Part shown: piece after piece, positions 15,821-32,169 of the stretch | Numbering within the stretch: the first letter of the stretch is position 1 | Layout: each line of letters opens with the position of its first letter | Assembly (NCBI RefSeq): GCF_009914755.1 | Contig: NC_060944.1 | DNA from: the human T2T-CHM13v2.0 reference genome, Homo sapiens | Length of the DNA stretch: 64,000 nucleotides | Reading direction: 5' to 3' (one strand) | The notes under the pieces: generated by a model | Database searches by the model: none | What the model saw: the letters and a program-made list of their open reading frames with translations, nothing else | What the model was told of the DNA's origin: nothing | Made by a program: the position numbers and the translations under genes

Positions 15821-16574
15821 GTCACCTGAAATTGATATTCATTGATAGTTCCATACTTTTAGCTACTTAATCATTCATATGTATTGCCTTGATGTGCTTT
15901 TAAAACTTACGTAAATACTGTGCTTCATGTATCCTTTTGCAGCTCTGTGAGAAAAAATTAAACTTTGTGGGGGTGGTTTTTTTTTTCCCAGGGGAGGGCA
16001 GCTTTTGGATTTATTTGTAGCTTTGGTTCTTCAACTGCTGAATTGTGTTCTTTTGTATGATTGTGCAAGTTTATCCATTCCCCTGTTGATAGACATTCAG
16101 CCATTTCCTAATTTTTTGCCTTTTTTTGGTCTATTTAAAGTTTTTATAATAGGCAATTTCCATGTCATATATTGCTATATATTACTTCTCTAGCCCCAGT
16201 GTGTATCTCTCCATGGTGTATATCTAGAAGCGGAAGCCCTGGATTGGAGCATACATATTTTCTACTCTACTACTGGTTCGTTCTGGTTGTATCTCATCAT
16301 TAACAGCTTGTTTCTACATTGCCTTTCACCACTTAATAAGAGACTTGAAACCTTTGCCAGTCTGATGGTTGTGAAATGGTTTCTCATTATTTTATTTTGC
16401 ATTTCTTTGATTACTAGTGAGCTGACTCTTTTCATATGTTTATTGCATCTTAGGTTTTTACACGCATGCTGCATCCTGCAAACCTGGCCATTCTGTAAAT
16501 ACTTACCATCTTCACCTAAGCTTATTTGCAGAGCCATAAAGTAAATGTAGCAGTAAAAAAAAAAAAAAAAAATC

Positions 16575-16865
16575 AGCTGGACACAGTGGCCTATACCTGT
16601 CATCCCAGCACGTTGGGAGGTTGAGGCAGGAGGATTGCTTGAAGCCAGGAGTTGGAGACCAGCCTGGACAATATAGTGAGACCTTGTCTGAACAAAAAAA
16701 TTAAATAAAAATTAACTGGGCATGCTGGCATGTGCCTATACTCCTAGCTATTTGGGGGACTGAGGTGGGAGTATTGCTTGAGCCTGGGTGTTAGAGGCTT
16801 CTGTGAGCTATGATTGTACTACTGCACTCCAGCCTGGCCACAGCGGGAGACCCTGTCTCAAAAAA
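16575..16865 (+). mobile_element. Alu (AluJ-type)
   Basis: Diverged dimeric Alu. Confidence 0.9.
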
Positions 16866-17226
16866 CAAGAACATGATTATCAATACCAGAACCTCATACT
16901 GAGGAGTAATATTTCTCTTTTCTGGCACATAAATTTCTTTCCAGGCCCCTTAGCCAGCTAATTACCAGAAGTTCAATACTCTCTGTTAATTCTATCCACC
17001 TGCCATTTTTAGGCCCCTGGTAGTGGTAGAATGTAGAGTGACTTAGGACAGAGTTCTTTCCTTCTTTGCCAAGGGCTGTGGAGATTAATGTCCTTCACTT
17101 TACACTTACCCCTCTCTTTCCTGGCAGTTCTTCTAGCCAAAATGTAAAAGCACACACAGTAGATATATGGGAACAATGCACTTCTGCTAAAATTTGCTGT
17201 GTACCTAAAACTTCTCTAAAAAATTA

Positions 17227-17412
<186 letters not shown>

Positions 17413-17449
17413 CTAAAAAACAAACATGCAAAACAAGTAAACATGACTG

Positions 17450-17798
17450 ACTTTCTTTTCTTTCTCCTTTCCTTTCCTTTTTTTCCTTTCTTTTTTCTTT
17501 CTTTTCTTTTTCTTTTCTTTTCTTTTGTTTTTTTTTTTTTTTTTTTTTGAGACAGACTCTCTTGCAGCCACCCAGGCTGGAGCTCAACTGCAGCCTTGAT
17601 CTCCTGGGCTCAAATGATCCTCCCACCTCAGCCTGCGGAGTAGCTGGGACTACAGATGTGCACCACCACACCCAGCTAACTTTTTAAAATTTTTTGTAGA
17701 AATGAGATTTTGCTACATTGCCCAGACTGGTCTCAAACAATCTTCCCGCTTTGGCCTCCCAAAGTGTTGGGATTACAGGCATGAGCCATTGTGCCTAG
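17450..17798 (-). mobile_element. Alu (AluJ-type) with expanded (CTTT)n tail
   Basis: Reverse Alu with ~100-nt T/C tail. Confidence 0.85.
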
Positions 17799-18120
17799 TG
17801 ACTATTTTTCATAAATAGAATTTGTTTAAATCAAAATTGTGTTTAACTTAGTATACAGGAAGACTTCAAATTTTTGAGTTTTTATGTTAATGTAACTTTA
17901 TATTTTCTTTCAGTAATATTTGAGATGAAGCACACTACATTTGAAATTTGAAAAAAAACTTGCAAGTCTTGAAAAACTGAATTTAACATACAAATGCGTT
18001 GATTTTGTCCACAGAACAACACTCTAGTCTATGAGTAACTAGAGCTAGTCTCTTTGTTGTACTGTCATTTGCATATGTAAACCACAGAGCATAATAAATA
18101 AGTAGAATATTGTGAAAGCA

Positions 18121-18484
<364 letters not shown>

Positions 18485-18935
18485 TGAAAGTATCTTGAGT
18501 TTACTTCTCTTGTGGCATAACATTTCTGTCTAGATTGTCCATGAAAGTCATACACAAAGATTTACACCTAACACTTCAGCAATATTGTAACCACAACTTT
18601 TCTTCTGTTCATGCCTCCTTTCATTGATGTTGGAAGTGAGAAGTTTTCACTTGGAATTGTGCTTCTGAATTACCTCCTGCTCATTTTTCTTGAAATTTTA
18701 CAATTGGGAGAGGCATAGACTTAGACAAATAAACATCGGTTTTATTCATCTCAGTAATACTTTGGGCCAAAATGTTATATTCATCATTGAATCTGCTGTA
18801 CTAAGACCCCCATTGAGTTGAATATTTAGAGTGATTCTTAGCTCCAAGATTAGTCTTCTAGAAGCTGATACTGTAATACTTACATGCTGCCAACACTATT
18901 CCATGTTTTGCTTTGTTATGTTTTACGTAGATTTT

Positions 18936-19166
18936 TTGTTTGGAGGTTCTAGCAGGGGAGCGCAGCTGCTCATATAACCTTGACCAAAGACCGGTTCTCC
19001 TCTATCAGGAATGGTCATCCTCTTTGACCGAGTGCATAGCTTTGAGAGGGATGCACATGGAGTGGTGAGGGAGGAAGGGGACACCTGCCTAGCCAGCCAG
19101 ATCAGCCGAATCAACCCTGGTGATCAATGGGGTGACAGATGTTGCAGCCAGATCGCCCTCACATCA
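18936..19166 (-). pseudogene. 7SK snRNA retropseudogene, 3'-truncated (about nt 1-235); probably RN7SKP69 (symbol from memory)
   Basis: Minus strand reads GATGTGAGGGCGATCTGGCTGCAACATCTGTCACCCCATTGATC ... CCCCTGCTAGAACCTCCAAACAA; exact 14-bp TSD TACGTAGATTTTTT at 18924-18937 and 19167-19180. Confidence 0.95.
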
Positions 19167-19572
19167 TACGTAGATTTTTTAAAAGCAATTGATTTCAGTA
19201 AAAAATGCAATTAAAGTTTTAAAATTAACAAAGTAATCTCTAATTGAAGGTGTGAAAAGACTGAGAACGTCTGTTGCAGCACGGCATAGATGAGTGCTTG
19301 AAAGATAGAAACTTAAGTTCATTCTACACCTGGAAGGTCATTTGTCATTGTGTTTGTGCTTTTGGATCACATCAAAGGAAGATTGTTTACTCCTTTGAAC
19401 ATTTTTACATTACTTCATAGGTTGTTATTTCTGTTTGCCTTCTCACAGGAAAGCAAGGATGAATTTCCTACCCTTGTTTCTATCTTGGCTTGCTTTCAGA
19501 AAATAGCTTGTAAATGTAATTAGTGTTTATTTTAAAATGGTTTCACAACTTTTCTGTTGCTATTTTCATGTA

Positions 19573-19889
19573 CAGGTGGAGCATCCCTAATCTAAAAATC
19601 CAAAATTCTCTAAAATCCCAAACTTTTTGAACACCAACATATGGAAAATTCTACATCTCACCTCATGCGACAAGTCAAAATGCAGACAAAACTTTCACAC
19701 ATAGAATTATTTAAAATATCATATAAAATAATTTTCAGGCTATGGGTATAAAGTGTATATGAAACACAAATGAATTTTGTGTTTGGACTTGGGTCCTATT
19801 CCCAAGCTATCTCATTATGTATATGCAAATATTCCAAAATTTGAAAATATCTGAAATCAAATGCTTGGTACCGGAAGGTACTTAACCTG
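19573..19889. mobile_element. Tigger4/MER46-type TcMar DNA transposon
   Basis: TA-CAGGTGGAGCATCCC ... GGTACTTAACCTG-TA terminal inverted repeats with TA TSD. Confidence 0.8.
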
Positions 19890-20026
19890 TAGTAATAGAA
19901 CTAACACTAAAGCACAGCACAGGCAAATACAGGTAAGGCTTCTCCAACTTGCCCTGGAGCAATCTTTGAAGTCAGTTGTTGAAGCTCAGGAGTTTTGAGG
20001 AATTCTCAAATCATTGTAAGAATCTG

Positions 20027-20254
<228 letters not shown>

Positions 20255-20279
20255 TTATAAGAATATTTCATCTTTAGGC

Positions 20280-20700
20280 CAGTGTTGTCAAATGGAAAGA
20301 AAATACAAGCTATGTATATACTTTTAACTTTTCTAGTAATATTTTAATATACTTTTAACTTTTCTAGTAATATTTTTAAAAATTGAGAAATTTTACATAT
20401 AAATTGTTTGAAATCCAGTATATATTTTACACTGAAAGCACGTGTCAATTCAGGTGCTAAATTTTCATTGGAAATACTTGATCTGTATTTAGATATGATA
20501 AAATTTACATTTGAAAAAGTAGATTCATATACTCAAGTTGCTCCAGACCTACTTACAAGTTTTCCAGTAATGGATAAGAATAAATTTTTAGAATTTAAGT
20601 TAATTAAAATTAAATGAAAATACAGTTCCTCAGTCACACTAGCCACATTTAAAGGACTCGTTAAGTCACATGTGGCTAGTGGCCACTTTATTGGACCAAC
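20280..20700. mobile_element. MER33/Charlie1-type hAT element with an internal ~31-bp tandem duplication (about 20316-20375)
   Basis: CAGTTCCTCAGTCACACTAGCCACATTT...CACATGTGGCTAGTGGC; TATACTTTTAACTTTTCTAGTAATATTTT x2. Confidence 0.65.
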
Positions 20701-21273
20701 CTAAGACTTTGTGAGTTGGCCTACTTAATTTGTAATGGGAAGTTGGTGTGTGTACCAACTAAATTCTCTGCATTTCTGCACATGTCCAAGAAACGATGCT
20801 GAGATAGCATATGAATTTCTTTATAGGACTTAAGATGTTTTATGAAACTAGACTATTGAGCTCTTTTAAGATGGGGATCGTACATTCCAGTAGCAAGATA
20901 CCACTCTCATAGTAGGCCCACATAGATGTTACTGAATGAACATGAATGAGTGAATGGGAGAGGGTATTCTTAATTATGACAAAGGACAGGTTCCCATGGA
21001 GGTGGAGTCCTTTAATTTTTATACCTTCTATTCCCACATACCTTTTTTAATGTAATGGAAATTGGGTTTTAAGTATTGAATTAATTGAATAGTACCTCCC
21101 CTTTGTATACTGCATGATAATTTACTTTGAGTCTTACAAGTAAAAATCCTTCAAGATAGTTAAGGCAGTTATTAGAGTAATACCTTTAAAGTGATTGTGG
21201 CATATTGAAAGTCCTCAATAAATGCCAGTTTCCTTTCTTTCCTTAAAAATGAAACCGTGGAATTTCATGCTCA

Positions 21274-21638
<365 letters not shown>

Positions 21639-21949
21639 GCAAGAAGTAATGCTGTCTTACATTAACTTATAAGTATTTACCTTATCTCATTCAACCCTTA
21701 TAGCAGTTCATTGAGATAGATATTATTTGTGTTAAACTGTACTGCCACATTAAAAGCATGTGCTCAGTGTCTGGCTGCTGGGTTTTTTTAAATCTTGACT
21801 CTGCCACTTGCACTAACTGTATGACCTTTGGTAAGTTCCTGACACATTCTGTGCCTCAATTTCACCATTCTTCCAAGTGGGAATAATAATAGTACCTACC
21901 ACCACAACAGTATGAATGATGCATGTAACTAGTTTAAAGCAGTGGCACA

Positions 21950-22250
21950 GGCCAGGTGTGGAGGCTCATGCCTGTAATCCTAGCACATTGGGAGGCCAAA
22001 GCAGGCAGATCGCTTGAGCTTACGAGTTCGAGACCGGCCTGAGCAACATGACAAAACCCAGTCTCTACATAAAATACCAAAAAAAAAAGGAAAGCTAGGT
22101 GTGGCAGCGCATGCCTGTGGTCCCAGCTACTTGGGAGGCTGAGGTGAGAGGATTGCTTGAGCCCAGGAGCTTCAGGCTGCAGTGAACCAAGGTTGCACCA
22201 CTGCACCTCAGCCTGGACGACAGAGCAAGACCCTGATCCCCCCAAAAAAA
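21950..22250 (+). mobile_element. Alu (AluJ-type) within MIR-like sequence
   Basis: Diverged Alu; TSD AAAGCAGTGGCA. Confidence 0.9.
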
Positions 22251-23122
22251 GCAGTGGCAGGTAGTAAAGTGCTTATCAGTTTATCAGTGTTAGCTAAAAT
22301 AAATGGTGGCAAGCTTAGATCTAATTAGGTAAATAGTCTTTTGTTATTACTTGCTATCCAAGTGGAAGAAGCCAGAATCATTTATTTAACTCATTAAAAA
22401 GGGATTCCTGCCTGACTAATCAAAAGGCAGTTTATCCTTCAAGGGCCAGCTCTAGGAAGACCTGCCTGACATGACACCTCCCTTTTGTCATCATGTCTCA
22501 TACAGAATCACTCATTTCCTGGGCTGTCAATGCATGGAGAGCTTGCTGCTGGTGCAGCATTAATCATATATAGGATTCTTTCTTATATCTGTTATCTCTA
22601 CCCAACTGGATATATCTTTAGAATAGTTCAAAGTTTTGTTCATCTTTATATCCTGTATTCATCTTTATATTCTGATGACACCAGTGTGTGCCTCAGTAGT
22701 TGTAGAGCAAATGAAAAGAGTTGGAGGAGTGCATTAGAATGTGTTTCAATAGTTTTATTCTTTCTTTAATATTATTTTACTTGGAATCATTGTATATAAT
22801 CAACTTTTTAATTTGAATTTTCAAGTGACTTGATTCTTGATGTAAAAATATCATTTTACACTCTTAGTTATATTTTTCCTGGAGTAATTAATGGAGAACT
22901 AGACAGTTTTGCATTGCCCTCAATGTTTAGAATAACAATCATTTATTCAACAAATATTTGAGAGATTTTTGTATGTCAAGAACTGGTCCAAGCACTGGGG
23001 AAACAAGTTCTTTCCTCATGGAAGTTGCAATCTGATATGGAGGAAGAGACAAAAAAGACAAGATCATTTCAGCTGGTGATAAGTAGTATGAAGAAAATAA
23101 GGTAATCAATAGGGAGTACTAA

Positions 23123-23459
<337 letters not shown>

Positions 23460-23855
23460 TTAGAGAAGGCCTCTTTTGAGGTAGGACTTACATGGCAATA
23501 AAGAGCTAGCTATGTGAAGAGCATTTAGGGCAGAAGGAACTCTTAAGTAGAAGGGCCTGTAGAAGAGAATGAGCTTGACATTTGCCAGGGACAGAAAAAA
23601 GGCTTGTGTGGTTAGCATTCAGTCAACAAGGGGGAAATAAGTAGAAAATAGATTATAGGCAAGAACTAGACCAGAAAGGGCCATTAGGTCAAAGGTGAGG
23701 AATTTGAATTTTATTCTGATGACACCAGGAAGCCATTGGGTGTGTGATGGTGGGGAGGTGTTAAGTAGTGTAGTGGAGCGAGATATGATTTATCCCTGTG
23801 GTTGATGTGTAGAGACATACAAATGGGGACAAAGACCAATTAAGAAACTATTGCT

Positions 23856-24160
23856 GGCTGTGTGTGGTGACCCATGCTTGTAATCCCAATGCTTTGGGAG
23901 GCCGAGGTGAGAGGATCACTTGAGGCCAGGAGTTAAAGACTACCCTGGGCAACATAGAGAGAACCCGTCTCTACCAAAAAATAAAACATAAATAACCAGG
24001 CATGGTGGCACGTACCTGTAGTCCTAGCTACTTAGGAAGCTGAAGCAGGAGATTACTTGACCCCAGGAGGTCGAGGCTATGGTGAGCCAAGTTCACGCCA
24101 TTGCCCTCCAGCCTGAGTGACAAAGCGAGACCCTGTCCCTAAACAAACAAACAACAACAC
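23856..24160 (+). mobile_element. Alu (AluJ-type)
   Basis: Diverged Alu; TSD AACTATTGCT. Confidence 0.9.
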
Positions 24161-24734
24161 AACCAACTATTGCTTTATTCAGATGGTAGATGGTGGTAGC
24201 TTGAATTAAGATTTGTTAATAATGAGAGGTGGTAAGATTGGATATATATTTTGGGGGTAGAGCTGGAAGGACTTAATGATAATTTGGATGTGTGGCATAA
24301 GGGAAAGAAGACTATCAAAGATGGCTCGTAAGGCTTAGACCTGATCTACCAGATATTTGATGGTGTCACTATGCTTGAGGTCCTATAAAAGAACTAAAAC
24401 AAAATAGTTTAGCATAAATTGAGGTTCTTAGAATTTTGAGGAATAAAAAAATTGATTCAAAAGTTTTATAAATCTTTAAAATACCATAATTTCATAGTTG
24501 ATTATATAAAAGTAGTATATATTCATTGTAGAACATTAAGAAAAATTTAGCTGTAATGACAGTTCCAACCAAAGTATTAACATTTGGGACATTTTCTTTT
24601 AAGCCATTTAATATATATTCTCATTTTTTCAAGAAGTAATTATTAACTACCTTCTAGGAACCTGGCACTGTTGTTGTAGCCTCTAGAGATTCAATAATAT
24701 ACAAGAAAAAGTCCCTGTCTCTATGAAATATACA

Positions 24735-25035
24735 TTTTTTTTTTTTTTTTTTTGAGACTGAGTCTCACCCTGTTGCCCAGGCTGGAGTGCAATAGCGTGA
24801 TCTTGGCTCACTGCAACCTCCGCCTCCTAGGTTCAAGCGATTCTCCTGCCTCAGTCTTCTGACTACTGGGATTAACAGGTGCGCGCCACCACGCCTCGCT
24901 AATTTTTTATATCTTTAGTAGAGACGGGTTTTCAACCATGTTGGCCAGGCTGGTCTCAAACTCCTGACCTCATGATCTGCCTGCCTCAGCCTCCCAAAGT
25001 GCTGGGATTACAGGTGTGAACCACCACACCCGGCC
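24735..25035 (-). mobile_element. Alu (AluS-type)
   Basis: Reverse Alu; TSD GAARTATACATT. Confidence 0.95.
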
Positions 25036-25229
25036 CCGAAGTATACATTCTAATGGGAGAGACAGTTAAGAAATAAGTAAACAAATAAGATAATTGCAGA
25101 TTTTATACGTATTATGATGAAAATAAGGGAATGAGAGAGTGACTATCTGGAGACTGCCAATATAGATTTTTCTCACACACTTGAGTTAATCTATAAAGGA
25201 TAAAACTGTATTTCCCATTTCCCAGTGTG

Positions 25230-26391
25230 ACGTGAGTGCCAGGATAATTCAGTTGGGGGGAGAATAGTGTTTTCAACAAATGGTGCTGGCACAATTGGAT
25301 ATCCGCATGCAAAAGAACGTATTTGGATCCCTGCTTCATACTGTATGTTGTATTTAACTTAAAATGGATCATAAATCTAAATGTGAGCACTAAAGCTATG
25401 AACTTCTAGAACACATAGGTATAAATCTCTGTGAACTTGTGTTAGGCAATTTTTGTTGGTAGTTTTCCTGGCCTTTCTAGGCAATGACACCAAGAGCACA
25501 AGTGACAAAAATAGATAAATTGGACTTCATTGTATTCAAAAATGTTCATCAAAGAACACCATCAAGGAAATGAAAACACAACCCACAGAATAGGAAAAGA
25601 TGTTTGCAAATCATATACCTGACAAGGAGCTTGTGTGTAGAATATATTAAAGGACTTACAACTCAACAATCAAAAACCCACTTGTTTGGGCAAAGGATTT
25701 GAATAGCTGTTTCTCTAAAGATGTGCAAATGACTAATAAGCCAATGGAAAAAAATGCAGAACATCATTAGCCATTAGGGAAATGCAGATCAAAACCGCAA
25801 ATACTGCTTTGTACCTGCTAAGACAGCTATAATGAAAAGATTATTATAGCAAATGTTGGCCAGGCTATGAAGTTGGAGCACCCATACATTGCTGGTGGGA
25901 ATGTAAAATGGCGCAGTAATTTTGGAAAATAGTTTGGCAGTGCCTGAAAAAATTAAACTTGGGAGCTACCGTATGACTCAGCAGTTTTACTCCTACCTAC
26001 ATATCCAAGCAAAATGAAAATGTATGTCCACACAAAAACTTGTACACAAATGTGCATAGCATTATTATTCATAGTTGCCAAAAGTGATAATAACCCAGTG
26101 TTCATCAGTTGATGGATAGATGGATAAATGTAGTATATCCATGCAAGGGAAGGGAATATTATTTGGCAATAAAAAGAAATGAAATACTGATACATGCTAC
26201 AACGTGGATGAACATTGAAAATATGCTAAGTGAAAGAAACCAGTCCCAAAAGATGACATATTGTGTGATTCCATTTATACAAAATGTCCAGAATACACAG
26301 ATCCATAGAGACAGAAAGTACATTAGTGGTTAGTAAGGGCTGGGGTGGGTGGGAGTGGGAATGAGGAATGACTGCTAATGGGTTTGGAGTT

Positions 26392-26424
<33 letters not shown>

Positions 26425-26850
26425 AGACAAGGTCTCTGTCACCCAGGTTGGAGTGCAGTGGCATGAGCATAGCTCACTGCAGCCTCTACCACGCTGACTC
26501 AAGTGATCCTCCCACCTCAGCCTCCTGAATAGCTGGAACTACAGGCCCATACCACCATCCCTGGCAATTTTAAAAAGTTTTTTTGTCAAGATGAGGTCTC
26601 ACTATTTTGCCGAGGTTGGTCTTGAACTCCTGGACTCAAGTGATCTTCCTGCCTCAACTTCCCAAAGTGCTGAGATTATAGGCATGAGCCATTACACCCA
26701 GCCCAGGGTTTCTTTTTGTGGTGTTCAAAATGGTCTAAGATTAGGAAGTGGTGGTGATGGATGCACAACTTTGTGACTATACTGAAAACCCACTGAATTT
26801 ACTACACTTTAAACGGGTAAATTTCATGGTATATAGAATATATCTGTAAA
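25230..26850 (+). mobile_element. L1MB-like LINE 3' region interrupted by a reverse Alu (26395-26705)
   Basis: L1 ORF2-end/3' UTR motifs TTTTCAACAAATGGTGCTGG, CATTAGGGAAATGCAGATCAAAACC, GCTGGTGGGAATGTAAAATGG. Confidence 0.9.
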
Positions 26851-27034
26851 AACTACTTAAATTGTTTAATAATATCATGCATGTACATCACCCTCATGTT
26901 AAATTTATTTTTATAAGAAATACTCTGTCATCTTGTGCATAAATCTTGCATTTCTTCAAAAGAGAGTCCTAGGTATGAAATCACTGAATCAAAAAGGTGT
27001 GTGTATTTCTAATATAAAAAAATATGCTTACCTG

Positions 27035-27333
<299 letters not shown>

Positions 27334-28229
27334 GGCTTACCAGAGAAAACTTAGAAAATATAGAAAACTAGAGAGAAGATAAAAATCAGTTATAGCCTCA
27401 CTTTTAGAGATAAAATTGTGGAACTTCTTTTTCTTCTGTACTGTTTTTCATAATTGAGATTATACTGTACATGTAACTTTATATCCAGCTTCTTCATTCA
27501 CTGAAAGTAAGTCATAAGTATTTCCCACATGCTTTTCAAAACTTGGCATAAACATGATTTTAACAGCTGCATCAGGAACTATCCTGTGGATATACTATCA
27601 TTTACTTTGCAGTTCTCCTGTTTTTATTTCTTTGGGCTGTCTGTTTTTTTAGTATTATGTAGATTATTTTCCTAGAATAAATTCCTAGAAGTGAGGTTAC
27701 TGGGTTAAAGGGTCAATGGGTATGGATTATTATAAGGCTCTATGATATAAATGGCCAAATTGCTTTCTAAAAGATATTAATGAGTAATAAATAGGGTTGC
27801 CTGTGGTGGAAGACAAATCTGGAAAAGTAGGTTGGTTTACACAATAAAGTGCTTTTTATGGTCTGTTAATAAATAAGGACTTTATCTTGTGGGTGCTTGG
27901 GAATTGTTAAAGACTTAATCTTGGGAGTGATAGGAGATTTTGAGAGTAAATGAGAGGGAATAGATTTGAAATACACATTGAAGGAGGAATTGGCAGGGCT
28001 TAGAAAACTAGGTGTGACTGGGAAACAGGTAGATTAGTTAACCAGCAATATCAAATCTGTTTCATATTTATTGATTTGCTAGTTAACCATCCAGAGAGAA
28101 CTAAGACAGCTTGTTAAACCAAGGAGAAATTTTTCACATTTAGCTTACTGTTTGGTTAATATGCTGTTTCTCAAAGAGTAGAATACTGAAAGTATTATTC
28201 ACCTTGAAATAAAAATTATATATCTAATT

Positions 28230-28590
28230 TAGTATAATTTACATAAAGTGAAATTCACCCTTTCTGCTGTAAGTTCTGGAAGTTTTGACACATATATATG
28301 TACACACACATATATACACACACACACATATATATACATACACATATATAGTTGTGTAACTACAGCCACAGTCAAAATATAGAATAATTCCTTCACACAC
28401 AAAAAATTCCTCATTAATCCCTCCTCCTATCCCCAACAACCACTGATCTGTTTTTTGTCTCTATAGTTTTACCTTTGCCATGTAAATGGAACTGTACATT
28501 GATACACTTTGAGTCTAGCTTCTTTTCACTCAGCATAAAGCATTTGTGCCTCAGCAGTTCTATTTTATTGCTGAATTTTATTCCATTCCC
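28230..28590 (-). mobile_element. L1M 3' fragment with (CA/TA)n
   Basis: GTATAATTTACATA...AAATTCACCC, CAACCACTGATCTG, GCTTCTTTTCACTCAGCATAA. Confidence 0.7.
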
Positions 28591-28609
28591 CAGTGGAGAG
28601 GTATATTTT

Positions 28610-28739
28610 ATTTTATTATTTATTTATGTATTTATTTTTCTGGGTTAAGGAGCAGAAAGTTTAATAGACAAAAAAGAAGAGAGAGAGAGAGAAAGCTTCC
28701 TTATGCTGAGAAAACAGGTCGCCCGAGAGAGGGTCTCCC
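28610..28739 (-). mobile_element. Retroposed polyadenylated ERV1-LTR (MER51-like) fragment
   Basis: 16-bp TSD TGGAGAGRTATATTTT (28594-28609 / 28740-28755); minus-strand ATTAAA at 28660-28665; degenerate A tail 28610-28639. Confidence 0.7.
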
Positions 28740-28869
28740 TGGAGAGATATATTTTAATTTTTTCTTGTCTCAGTTAAGGATGGGGCAGAATATTAGAATG
28801 ATTTTTTCCTCTTTCTAATGCTCATAAATCCTTGAAACAGTCATTTTCTCTACCTTAGATAAAACTAAT

Positions 28870-28996
28870 AGAACTTACTATTGCACACTTGATAGACTAC
28901 AACCTTTATATGCACAGGGAAACCAAAAAATTTGTGTGACTTGCTTTATTGCTATGGTCTAGAATTGAACTTGCAGCGTCTCCAAGGTATGCCTGT
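28870..28996 (+). mobile_element. Tigger1 terminal fragment
   Basis: GGGAAACCAAAAAATTTGTGTGACTTGCTTTATTGC ... CTCCAAGGTATGCCTG-TA. Confidence 0.75.
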
Positions 28997-29942
28997 ATAT
29001 ACTAGGAAAAGGGACATATTTTAGGACAAAACCAATGGCTTGCCTCATAGGACCCAGTTTCATCATTGCAGATTTTGATTTATAGCTGCAGGTGATGGTT
29101 GTGCCTAGGAGAATGGTAGGAGGTATTGTAATTGAATCTTACTGTGTTGAGAGAACTATTCCCTTCTCTTTGCTGTTGATATGGCTTTGCTGTTTAACCA
29201 CTTCATAGTCATGTGGAGAAAGAAGAGATGCACATTAAATTCTTAGGTTTGTTTTTAATTCGTAGTTTTGATTATCAGAGAACAAATGGAAATTACTGTT
29301 TCAAATCAGTCTTAAGCTGTTTGGTTTCTTTATCCATAACATTCTGTTACCCAAAGATTTCAATAAAAATTGGCTGCATTGTTAACTAGAAAGAGTCGAA
29401 GAAGCTCTAACTAGATTTTCTGGTTAATGTAAGAGTCTTTGCTTAGTGCATGGAAGGCCTTATGTGTGTTGTTTTAATCAGTCCTTTTGAGTTAGCAGTA
29501 TGATAATTCACATTTTACAGATGATGAAGCTGAGGATTAAAGAAGTTAGCTGACTTGCCCAAGTTACAGGATTTTAGTAAGTCTGATTCAACCCTGTGGT
29601 ACACTTTCTCCTCTGGTTAAAAAGGTCTTCAAAGGTTAAATGTTCCAAATTCTGTTTTTGAGAATAACACAGCCAGTTTAAAAATATATATATATTCAGT
29701 ATTTGACTTGCTCAATTTTCCCAGTTAATTGTAAAATCAGAAATAGCCCTGTGTGTAGTATTGTTACATACAATGAAGTTATCTTTATTGCTGTTACATA
29801 AACCTTATATTTTAAATCCATTATTTCACTTCTTCCCCAATAACTAGGCTTTTGTTTCTCAAGGAATAAAAAAAAAAAAAAAAAATTCTTGTTATGGCAT
29901 CTGTAAGAATTAAGGTCTTTGCTTAAAGTCAAGTCCTTATTA

Positions 29943-30092
29943 TTTTTTTGAGACAGGGTCTTGCTCTGTTGCCCAGGCTGGAGTGCAGTGGTGTGATCTT
30001 GGCTCACTGCATTCTCCACCTCCTGGGCCCAAGTGATCCTCCCTCATCACCTGAGTAGCTGGGACTACAGGCATGTGCCACCACACCTGGTT
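29943..30092 (-). mobile_element. Alu monomer fragment
   Basis: Reverse right-arm Alu. Confidence 0.85.
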
Positions 30093-30544
30093 AAGTCAGG
30101 CCCTCTTGTATGAAACTTTATGATGATCCTTCATTTTGGTTGTTTTGACTCTTTCCAAATTAACACTCGGAATAGGTACTTTAAAAAAAAAGAGTTTATC
30201 TGAATTTCTCCCAAGATTTCTTCCTTGCCCTCAGAAATAGTTAACCATAGTTAATTGTAGTAAACTAGAATTGAAGTCTTTACCCTTGGAGGCATTATTC
30301 TTTTTTTTTTCTTTTTTTCTCTTTGAGTGACTTTGATATTAGAGGCATTAGTCTGTCATTGTGTACATGATAACTGAGTTTCCTGATGACAGCAGGCATC
30401 AATCAAGCTAAATAATATATTGTTTTCTGAGGCAGAAAACTATGAAATATGGTCAATAAATTTGTTTACTCCAGACATACTACTTTGGTATTAACAGAGT
30501 TAATTTTATGTGTTACTTTATATCAAACTATTTAAAATTTAAAA

Positions 30545-31541
<997 letters not shown>

Positions 31542-31885
31542 TCAAGATGGTGGTGGTGGTGGGGAGAGTGTTTCAGCACTCATTTACATATGGTCACCTG
31601 TATCCTCTGACTACTCCAGAACTACTGTTTACCTTCTCCAGAGAATAAACTCCAGAATTCCAGGGGTAAGGGGCTGGCAGCAGGATGGCGTTCAGGAGGG
31701 AGTCTAGGGATCTTTGCTTCTCAGACCCATTTCACTCATTCTTCCTTATTTGAACTTCCATATTTCTTCTCTTCTTGTCGTGGTGGACTTATGTTCTTTT
31801 TCTTTTTAATCCCATTTTTATACTTTAAGTAGAGTTTTGGTAGGGAGATGTATATATTCAACCCCTAACCCTCCCTCCCCCTACT

Positions 31886-32169
<284 letters not shown>

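Noticed and set aside
18923-19214. ORFs over the 7SK-like segment, or a functional 7SK gene
   Set aside because: Non-coding RNA copy with CpG-decay substitutions, 3' truncation and a TSD; no upstream PSE/TATA evident.
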